A stretch of DNA of 64,000 bases from Hydrogenophilales bacterium. GTDB lineage: Bacteria; Pseudomonadota; Gammaproteobacteria; Burkholderiales; Thiobacillaceae. How positions within the stretch are numbered: the first letter of the stretch is position 1; every line of letters begins with the position of its first letter. Below are positions 49,717 through 58,811 of the stretch, piece by piece. Under the pieces are notes generated by a model. It saw only the letters and a program-made list of their open reading frames with translations. It made no database searches and was not told where the DNA came from. Location of the stretch: NCBI GenBank assembly GCA_041639515.1, contig JBEQCD010000001.1, positions 27,347 to 91,346 on the forward strand. The letters run 5' to 3'. The translations under genes were made by a program, and so were the position numbers.

Positions 49717-50781
49717 TCAGCCGAGCTGCTTGACGATATGCGGCCCGATCACATTGGCCAGCGGCAGCGGCAGTTTCTTCCAGGCCTGGATGAAAAGACG
49801 ATATTTGGGATTGAGCGGGTTGATCTCGGGCATCGTCCGGTCGCCCACCAGGAAATATTCGTAGTAGAGCGGCGTAGCCTCGAAGCCCCAGTTTTTCTTG
49901 AAGTCGAAGGAGCCGGTGCCGTGCTTGCTGCGGCCGAAATCGAACACCTTGAGCCCACGTTCGCAGGCGCGCCGCATCAGATCCCAGTACATGAAATCGT
50001 TGCCGGCAACTGCACGCGCAGCGTCCGTGCCGCCCCCGTAATAGGGCAGGACTTCGTCGCGGAAATAGAAGGACATCACGCTGGCGATCAGCTCACCTTC
50101 GCGCACGATGGTCAGCACCTCGCAGTCGTCGCCAAATTCCGTCTTGAGCAGGCGGAAGAACTGGCGCGAGAAAACCGGGGTGCCCAGCCGGTGCACACTG
50201 GCCGAATAGGCCCGGAAAAAACGCTCGGTATCCAGGTCGATCTCACCCGTGAGCCCGGCCTTGATGCCCTTGCGAACCATGGCGCGCTGCTTGCGCGGAA
50301 TGGCATTCATGTTGGCTTCGACTTCGGGCTGGATGGCTTGCTTGAAGGTGACGTAGAGCGACTTGGTCGGCCACTCGGGATGCTGCACCGTCTGGTTGCG
50401 GTATTCGAGCGCACCGACCTTGAGCTGGACGGCGAGCGACTGGGCTGCGCTGTCGAGTGCGCGCCTCGCATCGTCGTCATCGGCGACGATGCCGCCATAG
50501 GCGCAAAACGGCAAGGACCCCAGACTGTGGCCGAACACCCGGCTTTTGATTTCGGCCAGCGGCAGCACACCGACGATATCACCCGCCCGTTCTGCCAGGA
50601 GAAAATGCGTGCGATGGCCAAAAGCCTGCTGGATGACACGCTGCCAGCCGGCCCGGTGGAAGAAGGTGGCATCCGGATGCGCAAGCACGTAGGCATCCCA
50701 GCGTGCCCGGTCGGTCTCGACCAGTGCACGCACCTTGACTGCGGCCCCACTGGCAATCGGGGCAAACGTTTCGGCGGGCAT
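49717..50781 (-). CDS. FemAB-related XrtA/PEP-CTERM system protein
   Basis: ATFFH..GW, RKQRAMVRKG, FDFGRSK..TG...FKKNWGF and NPLNPKY motifs. Confidence 0.92.
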   Translation of the reverse strand: MPAETFAPIASGAAVKVRALVETDRARWDAYVLAHPDATFFHRAGWQRVIQQAFGHRTHFLLAERAGDIVGVLPLAEIKSRVFGHSLGSLPFCAYGGIVADDDDARRALDSAAQSLAVQLKVGALEYRNQTVQHPEWPTKSLYVTFKQAIQPEVEANMNAIPRKQRAMVRKGIKAGLTGEIDLDTERFFRAYSASVHRLGTPVFSRQFFRLLKTEFGDDCEVLTIVREGELIASVMSFYFRDEVLPYYGGGTDAARAVAGNDFMYWDLMRRACERGLKVFDFGRSKHGTGSFDFKKNWGFEATPLYYEYFLVGDRTMPEINPLNPKYRLFIQAWKKLPLPLANVIGPHIVKQLG

Positions 50782-50783
50782 GT

Positions 50784-51620
50784 TCACTGCGGCGTGAGGA
50801 AAACGCGATCGACGCGATCCCATTCAAAGTCGTTGAAGAGTTGTTGCAGTCTGCCCGGCATGCGTTGCAGATTGACGTAATGGCGGAAGCGCGTCTTGGC
50901 GGACAGACCGGACTGGCGCGGCTGGTCGGCATCGACTTCCCAGGGGTGGAAATAGAACATGCACGGCGCGCGATCCTGTTCGTTGACGCGGCGCAGCATC
51001 CAGCGCGACAGTGCATACGGCAGCAGGCGGAACCAGCCGCCACCGGCTGCCGGCAGGTTGCGGCCCATCATGGGCACCGTCGTCGGCGGCAGTTCGAGGA
51101 TGCCCGATTCACCGTTGGGTCGATGCGGAAAGCGTGGTGCATCCGGCATGCCGTAATGGTCGTGCTTGACCGGGTAAATGCTGGAACTGTAGATGTAGCC
51201 GGCGTTTTCCAGCTCGCCCACGGCCCACCAGTTTTGATGGTTGATGGAAAAACTGGGCGCGCGATAGCCGCGCACCGCCACTGCACCGATGTCTTCGAGG
51301 ATGCCCTTGGCGCGCACGATGTCGTCGCGGAATTGCGCCGGCGTGAGATCGCTGGCGCGCTGGTGGCCATAGCCATGGCTGGCGAGTTCGTGCCCCCCCT
51401 CGACGATGCGGCGCACCACCTGCGGATGACGCTCGGCAATCCAGCCCAGGGTGAAGAAGGTGGCCTTGGCACCGGCCTCGTCGAGCAGCGCCAGAATCAG
51501 GTCGACGTTGCGTTCCACGCGGCACGGCAGGCTATCCCAGTCTTCACGACGGATATGCGGCGCAAAGGCTGAAACCTGGAAATAGTCCTCGACATCGATG
51601 GACATGGCGTTCTTCATCAC
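50784..51620 (-). CDS. XrtA system polysaccharide deacetylase
   Basis: SIDVEDYFQV, HELASHG, GYRAPSFS and YFHPWE motifs. Confidence 0.94.
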   Translation of the reverse strand: MMKNAMSIDVEDYFQVSAFAPHIRREDWDSLPCRVERNVDLILALLDEAGAKATFFTLGWIAERHPQVVRRIVEGGHELASHGYGHQRASDLTPAQFRDDIVRAKGILEDIGAVAVRGYRAPSFSINHQNWWAVGELENAGYIYSSSIYPVKHDHYGMPDAPRFPHRPNGESGILELPPTTVPMMGRNLPAAGGGWFRLLPYALSRWMLRRVNEQDRAPCMFYFHPWEVDADQPRQSGLSAKTRFRHYVNLQRMPGRLQQLFNDFEWDRVDRVFLTPQ

Positions 51621-52720
51621 GCAGCCCTCAATCCTTTCTGCATCGGCAGCCAGCCCTTGAGGGCATGGGCAATGCGCATGGCCGCGCGGCCATCCCAGTA
51701 TTCCGGAATGCGGCCACGCTTGCCGCCGTTGGCCATCACGTCGTCGAACGCCTGGCGAATCGCAGTGGGTGACGGGCCGACCAGGGTATTGGTGCCTTCG
51801 TCGATCGTGATCGGTCGCTCGGTGTTTTCGCGCAGGGTCAGGCAGGGCACGCCCAGCGCCGTGGTTTCTTCCTGCAGGCCACCGGAATCGGTGAGCACCA
51901 GTTTCGCATCGCGCATCAGGCCCAGCATTTCCAGATAGCCCACGGGCGGCAGCACGCGCAGGCCATCGAGCTTGTCGGTCAGGCCGAATTTTTCGATATT
52001 GGCACGGGTGCGCGGATGCAGCGGTGCCACCACGGGCAGTTGACGGTTGATTTCGGCAATCACCCCCAGCAGGGCGGCGAGCGTGTCGGGTTCGTCCACA
52101 TTCGACGGACGGTGCAGCGTCAACACGGCGTATTCCTCCACGGCGGACCCAAGCGTGGTGGCCGCCGGCACGGCACGCGCGAGATTGCGGTGCAGGGTGT
52201 CGATCATGACATTGCCGACGAATACCACCCGCGCCGGGTCGATGCCTTCGCGCGTCAGGTTCGCCAGAGCGCTCTTTTCCGTGGTGAAGAGCAGATCGGA
52301 CAGTTGGTCCGTGAGGACGCGGTTGATTTCTTCCGGCATCGCGCGGTCGTAGCTGCGCAGGCCGGCTTCGACGTGGATGACCCTCACCCCGCGCTTGGCC
52401 GCCACCAGGGCGCAGGCAATCGTGGAATTGACATCCCCCACCACCAGAACAGCCTGAGGCTGGACGCGGTCGAGCACCGGCTCGAAACGCTTCATCACTT
52501 CAGCCGTCTGCACGGCATGGCTGGCCGAGCCGACTTCAAGGTGATGGTCGGGCTGGGGGATCCCCAGGTCGGCGAAGAAGCTGTCGCTCATGGCGGCGTC
52601 GTAATGCTGGCCGGTGTGCAGCAATTGCGCGGCGATGCCGGTCTCGGCCAGCGCGGCCATGACCGGTGCGATCTTCATGAAATTTGGGCGCGCGCCTGCG
52701 ACGCACAGTACTTGGGTCAT
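51617..52720 (-). CDS. wecB: UDP-N-acetylglucosamine 2-epimerase (non-hydrolysing)
   Basis: GARPNFMK, HTGQHYD, HVEAGLRS, TDSGGLQEE and TERP motifs. Confidence 0.95.
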   Translation of the reverse strand: MTQVLCVAGARPNFMKIAPVMAALAETGIAAQLLHTGQHYDAAMSDSFFADLGIPQPDHHLEVGSASHAVQTAEVMKRFEPVLDRVQPQAVLVVGDVNSTIACALVAAKRGVRVIHVEAGLRSYDRAMPEEINRVLTDQLSDLLFTTEKSALANLTREGIDPARVVFVGNVMIDTLHRNLARAVPAATTLGSAVEEYAVLTLHRPSNVDEPDTLAALLGVIAEINRQLPVVAPLHPRTRANIEKFGLTDKLDGLRVLPPVGYLEMLGLMRDAKLVLTDSGGLQEETTALGVPCLTLRENTERPITIDEGTNTLVGPSPTAIRQAFDDVMANGGKRGRIPEYWDGRAAMRIAHALKGWLPMQKGLRAA

Positions 52721-52738
52721 GGTGTGCAAACCTGACAA

Positions 52739-53776
52739 TCAGTGCGTGAACTCACGCGCATCGGGTTCCGACCCGTTTTCGTCTGCGGCATGGCGCTCGC
52801 TCACGGTATAGAGAATCTTGCGCACGATCGGCAGGATGCGATTGACCGAACGTTCGACCTGCTCGATACGCCCAGCGAGACGTGCCATCTCCTCGCTGCC
52901 CATGCCCACTGCCGTAGCCGAAGACGGTGCGGCAACGCCCGTTGCCCCGTGGAAATCCTGGTGTGCGATTTCGTTCTTGAGATCGGCAATGACTTCGTTG
53001 ACTTCGACTTCACCAAAATGGCTTTTCTCTTCGAGAAATCCAAACAGCAGAAGCCGGTCGCAAGTGGTGTTGATGCGGCGCGGGATGCCGCCCGTGAACC
53101 GGTGAAGGGCCGCAAACGCGCCCTCGTCGAAACTGGGCACCCCCTGCCAGCCCACGGTGTGCAGGCGATGCTCGATGTAGCCGCGCGTCTCGTCCGGATC
53201 GAGCGGGCCCAGGTGATACGAGGCCACGACACGCTGGCGCAACTGCTGCATGTCCGGGCTTTGCAGGATGCCGCGAAATTCGGGCTGCCCCAGCAAAAAT
53301 GTCTGGATCAGCGAGCGTTCGTTGTTCTGGAAATTGGACAGCATCCGCAACTCTTCGACTGCGCGCTGGGTGAGGTTCTGCGCTTCATCCACCACTAGCA
53401 GGACACGCTTGCCCTGCCGCGTTGCCGCGCCGAGGAAGTCTTCCAGATTTTTCAGCAGCGCAGACTTGGACAGGCCTTCGTGCTGCATGCCGAAGGAGGC
53501 CGCCACACTGCGCAGGGTGTCTTCAGCATCCAGCTGAGTGGACACCAGCTGCGCTGCGACGAGATTGTGGGCTTCGAGCTGACGGAAGAGATTGCGCACC
53601 AACGTCGTCTTGCCGGCCCCCACTTCACCCGTGATGACGATGAAGCCCTCTCCCAGCGACAGGCCGTAATCCAGATAGGCCATCGCCCGCTTGTGCCCCT
53701 TGGACCCGAAGAAAAAACGCGGGTCGGGATTCAGCTGAAAAGGCTTGGCACTGAAGCGATAGTAGTCTTCGTACAT
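52739..53776 (-). CDS. XrtA/PEP-CTERM system-associated ATPase (ExeA-like)
   Basis: KPFQLNPDP.F, GEVGAGKTT, VVDEAQ and GGIPRRIN motifs. Confidence 0.92.
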   Translation of the reverse strand: MYEDYYRFSAKPFQLNPDPRFFFGSKGHKRAMAYLDYGLSLGEGFIVITGEVGAGKTTLVRNLFRQLEAHNLVAAQLVSTQLDAEDTLRSVAASFGMQHEGLSKSALLKNLEDFLGAATRQGKRVLLVVDEAQNLTQRAVEELRMLSNFQNNERSLIQTFLLGQPEFRGILQSPDMQQLRQRVVASYHLGPLDPDETRGYIEHRLHTVGWQGVPSFDEGAFAALHRFTGGIPRRINTTCDRLLLFGFLEEKSHFGEVEVNEVIADLKNEIAHQDFHGATGVAAPSSATAVGMGSEEMARLAGRIEQVERSVNRILPIVRKILYTVSERHAADENGSEPDAREFTH

Positions 53777-53822
53777 GGGCAATCCGATCTAGTGAGGCAC
53801 GTCAGCAATTCCTGACAGACGA

Positions 53823-53838
53823 AGCAACGGCCATGCCA
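53823..53838 (-). promoter_or_regulatory. Sigma54 promoter internal to the XrtA core (upstream of the ATPase)
   Basis: TGGCATG-GCCG-TTGCT, near-consensus, in a short intergenic gap. Confidence 0.72.
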
Positions 53839-53852
53839 CAGAGCAAAACAGC

Positions 53853-55457
53853 TTAGAAGCGCATGTTCATCGATGCCGAGAGGCTGTTCTCGGTGAAGTC
53901 GGCGTTGGCGATGTTCGAATCCCGTTGTTGATGACGGTAGTTCAACGCTCCGCTGAGGTCTTTGCCGAACTGGTGGAACATGCCCAGGTTCAGGCTGGCC
54001 GTATCGTCATCGCGATTGGTGGGCGTACCGAGCTGCACCGAGGTGGCGCTGTTGCGCGTATAGCCCAGGTTGGCGTTGGCCGTCGTGCGCGGCGTCAAAC
54101 GGTAACTGACGGTGCCGCTGATCCCTTGGGTCATGTCTTCCGCATCGTTGACTGCCTGATAGAGACGGCGGGTATCGAACACGGAAATCCCCACGCTGGT
54201 GCGCGGGCCCAGTCGCCAACTCCAGCCTGCATTGAGGCTCTTGATGATGTACACCCCGTTATTGAGGCTGGCGTCACCCAGACCAAACGGCGTCAGGTCG
54301 GCGGGGGTCAGCCCCAACTGGGTGTAAAACTGACTTACGTAGGTACCCGGCAGGGGAATGGTGCAACTCGTCTGACCGGGCGGGGGCGTAAAGTCTGATG
54401 TCTCAAACAACTGCCCGCCGCACACCCAGAAAATGCGGCTACTCTGGTCCTGGAGTTGTTGGCTGACATCGCTGACGTCTTCGTAATAACGAATATTCCA
54501 GTTCGAGGCGCGAGTACGGTATGCGCCAGAAAGACTGAAGGTACGGCCAAAATAACGCTCACCCGCCGATGCCTCGACACTGGTTCGCTGATTGGGTGCC
54601 CAGCCGAACCCCGCGCTGTATGAACTGCCTTCGGCATCGGCCGCACTGAGGTAATCGTTCTTGTCTTCACCGTAGGTGGCGAAAACCCGGAATTTACGGC
54701 TCAGGGCATAGCCCAGGGAAAGCGTGGCGCGTTCGAACGTGCTATCGCGTGTAGCACCCCGGTTGTTGGCCTCACGGATCGAGTAATCGATTCCCCAGCT
54801 CAGGTCATTGAAACGCGAGCCACTGGTCAGGCCAGCCGTCAGCGAATTGGTCACAGAATTGGATATCGAGTTGGCTGCGTCGTCACCAAAGATCGCCCCG
54901 CCTGTAGTCAGGCGCGCACGCGCAGTGGCAAACGACCCGAACCGTTTCACCAGATGGGGGCTCAGGGTATACACACTGGTCGTCGCGCGATTGCTGTCAT
55001 TGACACTCGCGTCGGCAGGCGAGCCGAAAAGTGAAACCAGGTTCTGCGATACGTTTGCGGAACCATCGATGAAGAGCAAATCTTCAACCAGCTCGGCTTT
55101 GCCTATCGCGCCCAGGCGATGGTAGATATCGTTGGAGTTGTCTTCGCCAAAACGGGTCACCGCCGACAACCCATACGTCATGCTGGCCTGCACCCGCCTT
55201 GATCCGCTGGAAGTCAGCGTGAATGCAGGCGTGGCGGTCAAACTCAGTTCGTCCTCGGGATTCGAGCTGCTTTGGTTGGCGTTATCAGAATAGGTCGCCG
55301 ACACACCGACGCTGGGTGCAAAACGCCAGTCCAGCGCCTGCGCATCCGCTGCAAAACCCAACACCATGAAAACAGAAAAAGCTCCCGCCAGGGGAGCTTG
55401 TCCTTTTCGATCCCCTCTCGCCTTGCTGGCGAGAGGTTTACTTGCCGTAACTGCCAT
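53853..55457 (-). CDS. PEP-CTERM system outer-membrane beta-barrel protein (TIGR03016-type)
   Basis: Signal-like N-terminus, amphipathic beta strands, C-terminal Phe; canonical position after the kinase. Confidence 0.85.
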   Translation of the reverse strand: MAVTASKPLASKARGDRKGQAPLAGAFSVFMVLGFAADAQALDWRFAPSVGVSATYSDNANQSSSNPEDELSLTATPAFTLTSSGSRRVQASMTYGLSAVTRFGEDNSNDIYHRLGAIGKAELVEDLLFIDGSANVSQNLVSLFGSPADASVNDSNRATTSVYTLSPHLVKRFGSFATARARLTTGGAIFGDDAANSISNSVTNSLTAGLTSGSRFNDLSWGIDYSIREANNRGATRDSTFERATLSLGYALSRKFRVFATYGEDKNDYLSAADAEGSSYSAGFGWAPNQRTSVEASAGERYFGRTFSLSGAYRTRASNWNIRYYEDVSDVSQQLQDQSSRIFWVCGGQLFETSDFTPPPGQTSCTIPLPGTYVSQFYTQLGLTPADLTPFGLGDASLNNGVYIIKSLNAGWSWRLGPRTSVGISVFDTRRLYQAVNDAEDMTQGISGTVSYRLTPRTTANANLGYTRNSATSVQLGTPTNRDDDTASLNLGMFHQFGKDLSGALNYRHQQRDSNIANADFTENSLSASMNMRF

Positions 55458-56385
55458 AGTAACCATAGTAGTAGTCTGCACCTGGCGTGGGTGTGGTCTT
55501 GTTGAGCAACATCCCCACCACCTCGCACGACTGAATGTGTGACAGCGCCTCGCGCACTGCCTCCTGAGAGGTTTTTTCAGCCTCGACCACCATCACGATC
55601 TGCCCCATGTGCGTGGCCAGCACGCTGGACTCACTGGTAGCCAGGAGAGGCGGGGAATCGAAGAGGATTATACGGTCTGGATAACGATTCCCGATATCTT
55701 CGACCAGACGCGTCATGGCCGCGCTGGCCAGAAGCTCGGTTGCGCGCTTGTAGGTGCGCCCGGCCGGCAGCACGGTCAGTTTGGCGATATCCGTCTTGAT
55801 CAGGACGTCCGACAGCTTCAGATCCTTGTCCTGCAGAACGTCCAGCAGCCCCTTGTCGACGTGAATCCCCAGGTATTCCGGCACGCGCGGCTTCGCCACG
55901 TCGGCATCGATGAGCAGAACGGTGCGGTCCATCTCCATGGCCATCGAGATGGCGAGGTTGATGGCACAGAAGCTCTTGCCCTCGCCTGGCAATGAACTTG
56001 TGACCATGATGAGGTTGCCGTTCTTGACACGCGAAGCCCCTTGCCCGAAGGCGTTGGCGATGAGCGGGCGCTTGATGATGCGGAATTCTTCGGCGATCTG
56101 GGTTTTTTCGGCATCGGGCGCAACCACGCCCATGCGATGCAGCCGCGCCAGATTGATCGACTGAACCTGGCTATTGCCTTCGGAGGGCGCCTCCTGGTCG
56201 GGCGAGATGAACATGGGCTCGACCGGCGTGGCCACGAAAGGGGCCGCATGCTTGCTCTGTTGCTTGGCCAGCGCGCTTTCGATCATGCTGGCATCCGGCA
56301 CAGGAGCCTGACTCGCGGGCGGAACGGCAGCAGATCGCGGCGCGCCCATTCCGATCTTTCCGGCTGCTTTCTCGATAATGCTCAT
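55438..56385 (-). CDS. XrtA-associated tyrosine autokinase (BY-kinase)
   Basis: EEFRIIKRP, SLPGEGKS, IDAD, FDSPP and C-terminal YYYGYYGSY cluster. Confidence 0.94.
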   Translation of the reverse strand: MSIIEKAAGKIGMGAPRSAAVPPASQAPVPDASMIESALAKQQSKHAAPFVATPVEPMFISPDQEAPSEGNSQVQSINLARLHRMGVVAPDAEKTQIAEEFRIIKRPLIANAFGQGASRVKNGNLIMVTSSLPGEGKSFCAINLAISMAMEMDRTVLLIDADVAKPRVPEYLGIHVDKGLLDVLQDKDLKLSDVLIKTDIAKLTVLPAGRTYKRATELLASAAMTRLVEDIGNRYPDRIILFDSPPLLATSESSVLATHMGQIVMVVEAEKTSQEAVREALSHIQSCEVVGMLLNKTTPTPGADYYYGYYGSYGK

Positions 56386-56393
56386 AGTCTCTC

Positions 56394-57929
56394 CTAGCCT
56401 GCCCGCGACATGATCAGCTGCAGGATCATCACGCCACCATATGCTGCAATCAAACTACCCAGCGCAGTCAGATAGGTGAGCAGGCCTTTGCGTTTACGCC
56501 GTCTGGTCTCATCGGTTTCCACGCGAGACACGCCACCCAGCAAGGGCAGGCCCGTCAGTTCGCGCAGCGCACGCCGATCAGTAACCGTACGGCGCAACTG
56601 GCTCAGCAGGAACGCGACTGCAACACCCGCCAGCAAGCCAACGACAGTTACCACAGACAACAACAGGGGGCGGTTGGGCCAGGCCGGCTGACTGGGCACA
56701 AAAGGCGGATCGATCACACGGAAATCGACGGTATCGGTCTTGCTCTCCACCTCACCCGACATCGTCACCGATTCGCGGCGTTTCAGCAGCGCATCGTAGT
56801 TTTGCCGGTAGACATCGTAATCACGTGTCAGCTGGGTGTATTCCTGCTCCACCTGGGGAATCATGTTGGACGCGTTGCGCAATTCGGACAAACGGCGCTG
56901 ATACTCGCCCACGCGCGCGTTGAGCGAAGCAACCGTGGCATCCGCTTCGGCAATGGCAATGGTCAACTGCTGATAAACCGGATTCTGGATCTTGGCACCG
57001 GCCGGATCGGCCTTGCGGGCAGCCAGTTCGGCTTTCTTCTGTTGCTCCAGCTTTTCGATCAGGCGCTTGGTTGCCTGAATGTCCGGGTGGAGGTCTGTGT
57101 ATTGCAGGCGGAGCTGGTCCATCTGCTTTTCCAGCGCCTGGATACGACCATCGATCTCGCCGTTGGTCGACATGGCGGCCGCAGCGGCTGTGAGTTCGGG
57201 TTCTTCATCCGTCAACTGGCGTTTCAGCTGGTTGCGACGGTTGACCGCCTCCTGCTGGTCAAGCTGGGCCTGCCGCAGCTGTGCAGACGTTTCCGCCAGC
57301 TTGGCGTAGTAATCCCCACCCTGCCCCGGCATCATCCCGATGTGCTTCTGCTTGAATTCCTTGAGCGCGTTCTCCGAATCGGTCAACTTCTGCTGGTATT
57401 GCTGCAGCTGCTCTTCGATGAAGCGCTGGGAACTGGAAATGTCCTGGCGTGTTTTGCCCAGACTGCTTTCAACAAAGATGGTCAACAGGGACTGCACAAC
57501 TTTCTTGGCCAGATCACCATTCGCGTCCTGGTAGCTGATGGTGTAGAGATTTTCCCGCCCGGCATCGGCAATCGAAATCTTCTCTGCCAGATCGTTCAGC
57601 ATTTCTTCAGTCTGCTCGGGCGTCTTGGCTTTCACATCCAGATCGGTCATGCGGGCAACCTTTTCCAGCGTGGGGCGGCTGACGAGCTGACGGGTCATCA
57701 GCTTGATCTGCTGCTCAACATTGGGCTCGGCAGCCAGTCCGGAAAGCAGGGGCTTGAGCAGGGTCTGCGTATCCACATAGACCCGTGCAGACGCCTGGTA
57801 ACGATCCGGAATGATCATGACCCACGTCCAGCCGACGATGCATATCAGCCAGGCGACCGCCACGCCCCACCAGCGACGACGCCAGGCGGCTTTGGCATAT
57901 CCGAGTATTTGCTGCAATAACAGATCCAT
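56394..57929 (-). CDS. XrtA system polysaccharide chain length determinant (Wzz/Wzc N-terminal)
   Basis: Two TM helices flanking coiled coils; YTDLHPDI, LTRDY and FRVIDPP motifs. Confidence 0.93.
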   Translation of the reverse strand: MDLLLQQILGYAKAAWRRRWWGVAVAWLICIVGWTWVMIIPDRYQASARVYVDTQTLLKPLLSGLAAEPNVEQQIKLMTRQLVSRPTLEKVARMTDLDVKAKTPEQTEEMLNDLAEKISIADAGRENLYTISYQDANGDLAKKVVQSLLTIFVESSLGKTRQDISSSQRFIEEQLQQYQQKLTDSENALKEFKQKHIGMMPGQGGDYYAKLAETSAQLRQAQLDQQEAVNRRNQLKRQLTDEEPELTAAAAAMSTNGEIDGRIQALEKQMDQLRLQYTDLHPDIQATKRLIEKLEQQKKAELAARKADPAGAKIQNPVYQQLTIAIAEADATVASLNARVGEYQRRLSELRNASNMIPQVEQEYTQLTRDYDVYRQNYDALLKRRESVTMSGEVESKTDTVDFRVIDPPFVPSQPAWPNRPLLLSVVTVVGLLAGVAVAFLLSQLRRTVTDRRALRELTGLPLLGGVSRVETDETRRRKRKGLLTYLTALGSLIAAYGGVMILQLIMSRAG

Positions 57930-57943
57930 GCGGGCAATCCATC

Positions 57944-57970
57944 AAAAAACGCTGCGTCACGCAGCGTTTT
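57944..57970 (-). terminator. Intrinsic terminator-like hairpin between the export lipoprotein and chain length determinant genes
   Basis: Minus strand AAAACGCTGCG-TGA-CGCAGCGTTTTTT. Confidence 0.65.
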
Positions 57971-57980
57971 GAACTAAAGG

Positions 57981-58604
57981 TCAGAACAGGCTTTCCGGCA
58001 CCACCAGTACGTCACCCGGGCGCAATTCGACGTTGGCCGAAATGTCGCCGTTCTTCAGCAGGTCTTCGAGGCGTACGCCGAACTGCTGCGGTTTGCCATC
58101 GATCACACGAAGGATGTAAGCCTTGTTGCCGGCAGCAAAATCGGTGATGCCGCCCACCTGGATCATCAGGTCGATCAGGCTCATCTTTTCACGGTAGTTG
58201 AGTGCCTGCGGCTTGGCGGCTTCACCCAGCACACGAATCTGCTGATCGAAGGGGCCCACGCCACCGGCCACGATCACCGTGACGATCGGCTCCTGAATGT
58301 ACTTGGACAGCGCTTTTTCGATGTCTCGCGCGAGTTGCGTCGGGGTTTTGCCCGAAGCCTGGATATCCTCGACCAGATTCATGGTCATCTTGCCGTCGGG
58401 ACGCACCGGGAAGGACCCGGTCACCTCGGGATTGCGCCAGACAAACACCTGTACCGAATCACCCGGACCGACAAGATAATTCCAGTCGTAGCCCCCGGAC
58501 TGCGCCGGCGCAGGCGGATAGGTCGGCGTGCTGGAGCAGCCCGCCATGACAGCCACGGCCGCAACCAGGGTGCCCCGCGCGATATGCTTGTTGATGGTGA
58601 ACAT
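57981..58604 (-). CDS. XrtA/PEP-CTERM exopolysaccharide export lipoprotein (Wza-like)
   Basis: Lipobox VMAGC; YLVGPGD, VRPDGK and PGDVLVVPES motifs. Confidence 0.93.
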   Translation of the reverse strand: MFTINKHIARGTLVAAVAVMAGCSSTPTYPPAPAQSGGYDWNYLVGPGDSVQVFVWRNPEVTGSFPVRPDGKMTMNLVEDIQASGKTPTQLARDIEKALSKYIQEPIVTVIVAGGVGPFDQQIRVLGEAAKPQALNYREKMSLIDLMIQVGGITDFAAGNKAYILRVIDGKPQQFGVRLEDLLKNGDISANVELRPGDVLVVPESLF

Positions 58605-58685
58605 GCCCACTCTCCCTTATCCAGTTGATCTGCGAGGCATTATGCCAGAGCAGCGTCAAAATCCCGTTTAACACACCGCACCGCA

Positions 58686-58701
58686 AGCAAACCACGCGCC
58701 A
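58686..58701 (-). promoter_or_regulatory. Sigma54 promoter at the head of the XrtA core operon
   Basis: TGGCGCG-TGGT-TTGCT, exact GG-N10-GC spacing. Confidence 0.68.
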
Positions 58702-58753
58702 GCTACCAAACCCCGGCCGGCCGGCCCTTGTCGCCCGCCGGGCACACTCACGC

Positions 58754-58789
58754 CGTCGGCGCTTCGACACTGCTGTCGTAAGGCCGACG
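58754..58789. promoter_or_regulatory. Tandem palindromic candidate enhancer (bEBP) sites
   Basis: CGTCGG-CGCT-TCGACA and TGTCGT-AAGG-CCGACG, 20 bp apart, 53-88 bp upstream of the sigma54 site. Confidence 0.45.
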
Positions 58790-58811
58790 CCGGGCACGGT
58801 ATCATGGCAGG

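Noticed and set aside
55438-55481. Repetitive overlap between the kinase end and the OM protein start
   Set aside because: Explained by the BY-kinase Tyr cluster codons (TAC/TAT GGC/GGT) generating alternate-frame ATGs; not a separate repeat element.
3625-57920. Many long antisense or alternate-frame ORFs (e.g. 3625-4923, 7433-8992, 15508-17124, 27383-29101, 42558-43949, 46995-48584, 56802-57920)
   Set aside because: They lie opposite or overlap well-supported genes and lack recognisable motifs; such shadows are expected in high-GC DNA.
16913-58604. PEP-CTERM target proteins, prsK/prsR/prsT and a priming glycosyltransferase
   Set aside because: No ORF shows a VPEP-TM-basic C-terminus or those families' motifs; they are presumably encoded elsewhere.
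58631-58647. Second sigma54 box TGGCATAATGCCTCGCA near the export lipoprotein start
   Set aside because: GG-to-GC spacing is 11 nt rather than the required 10.
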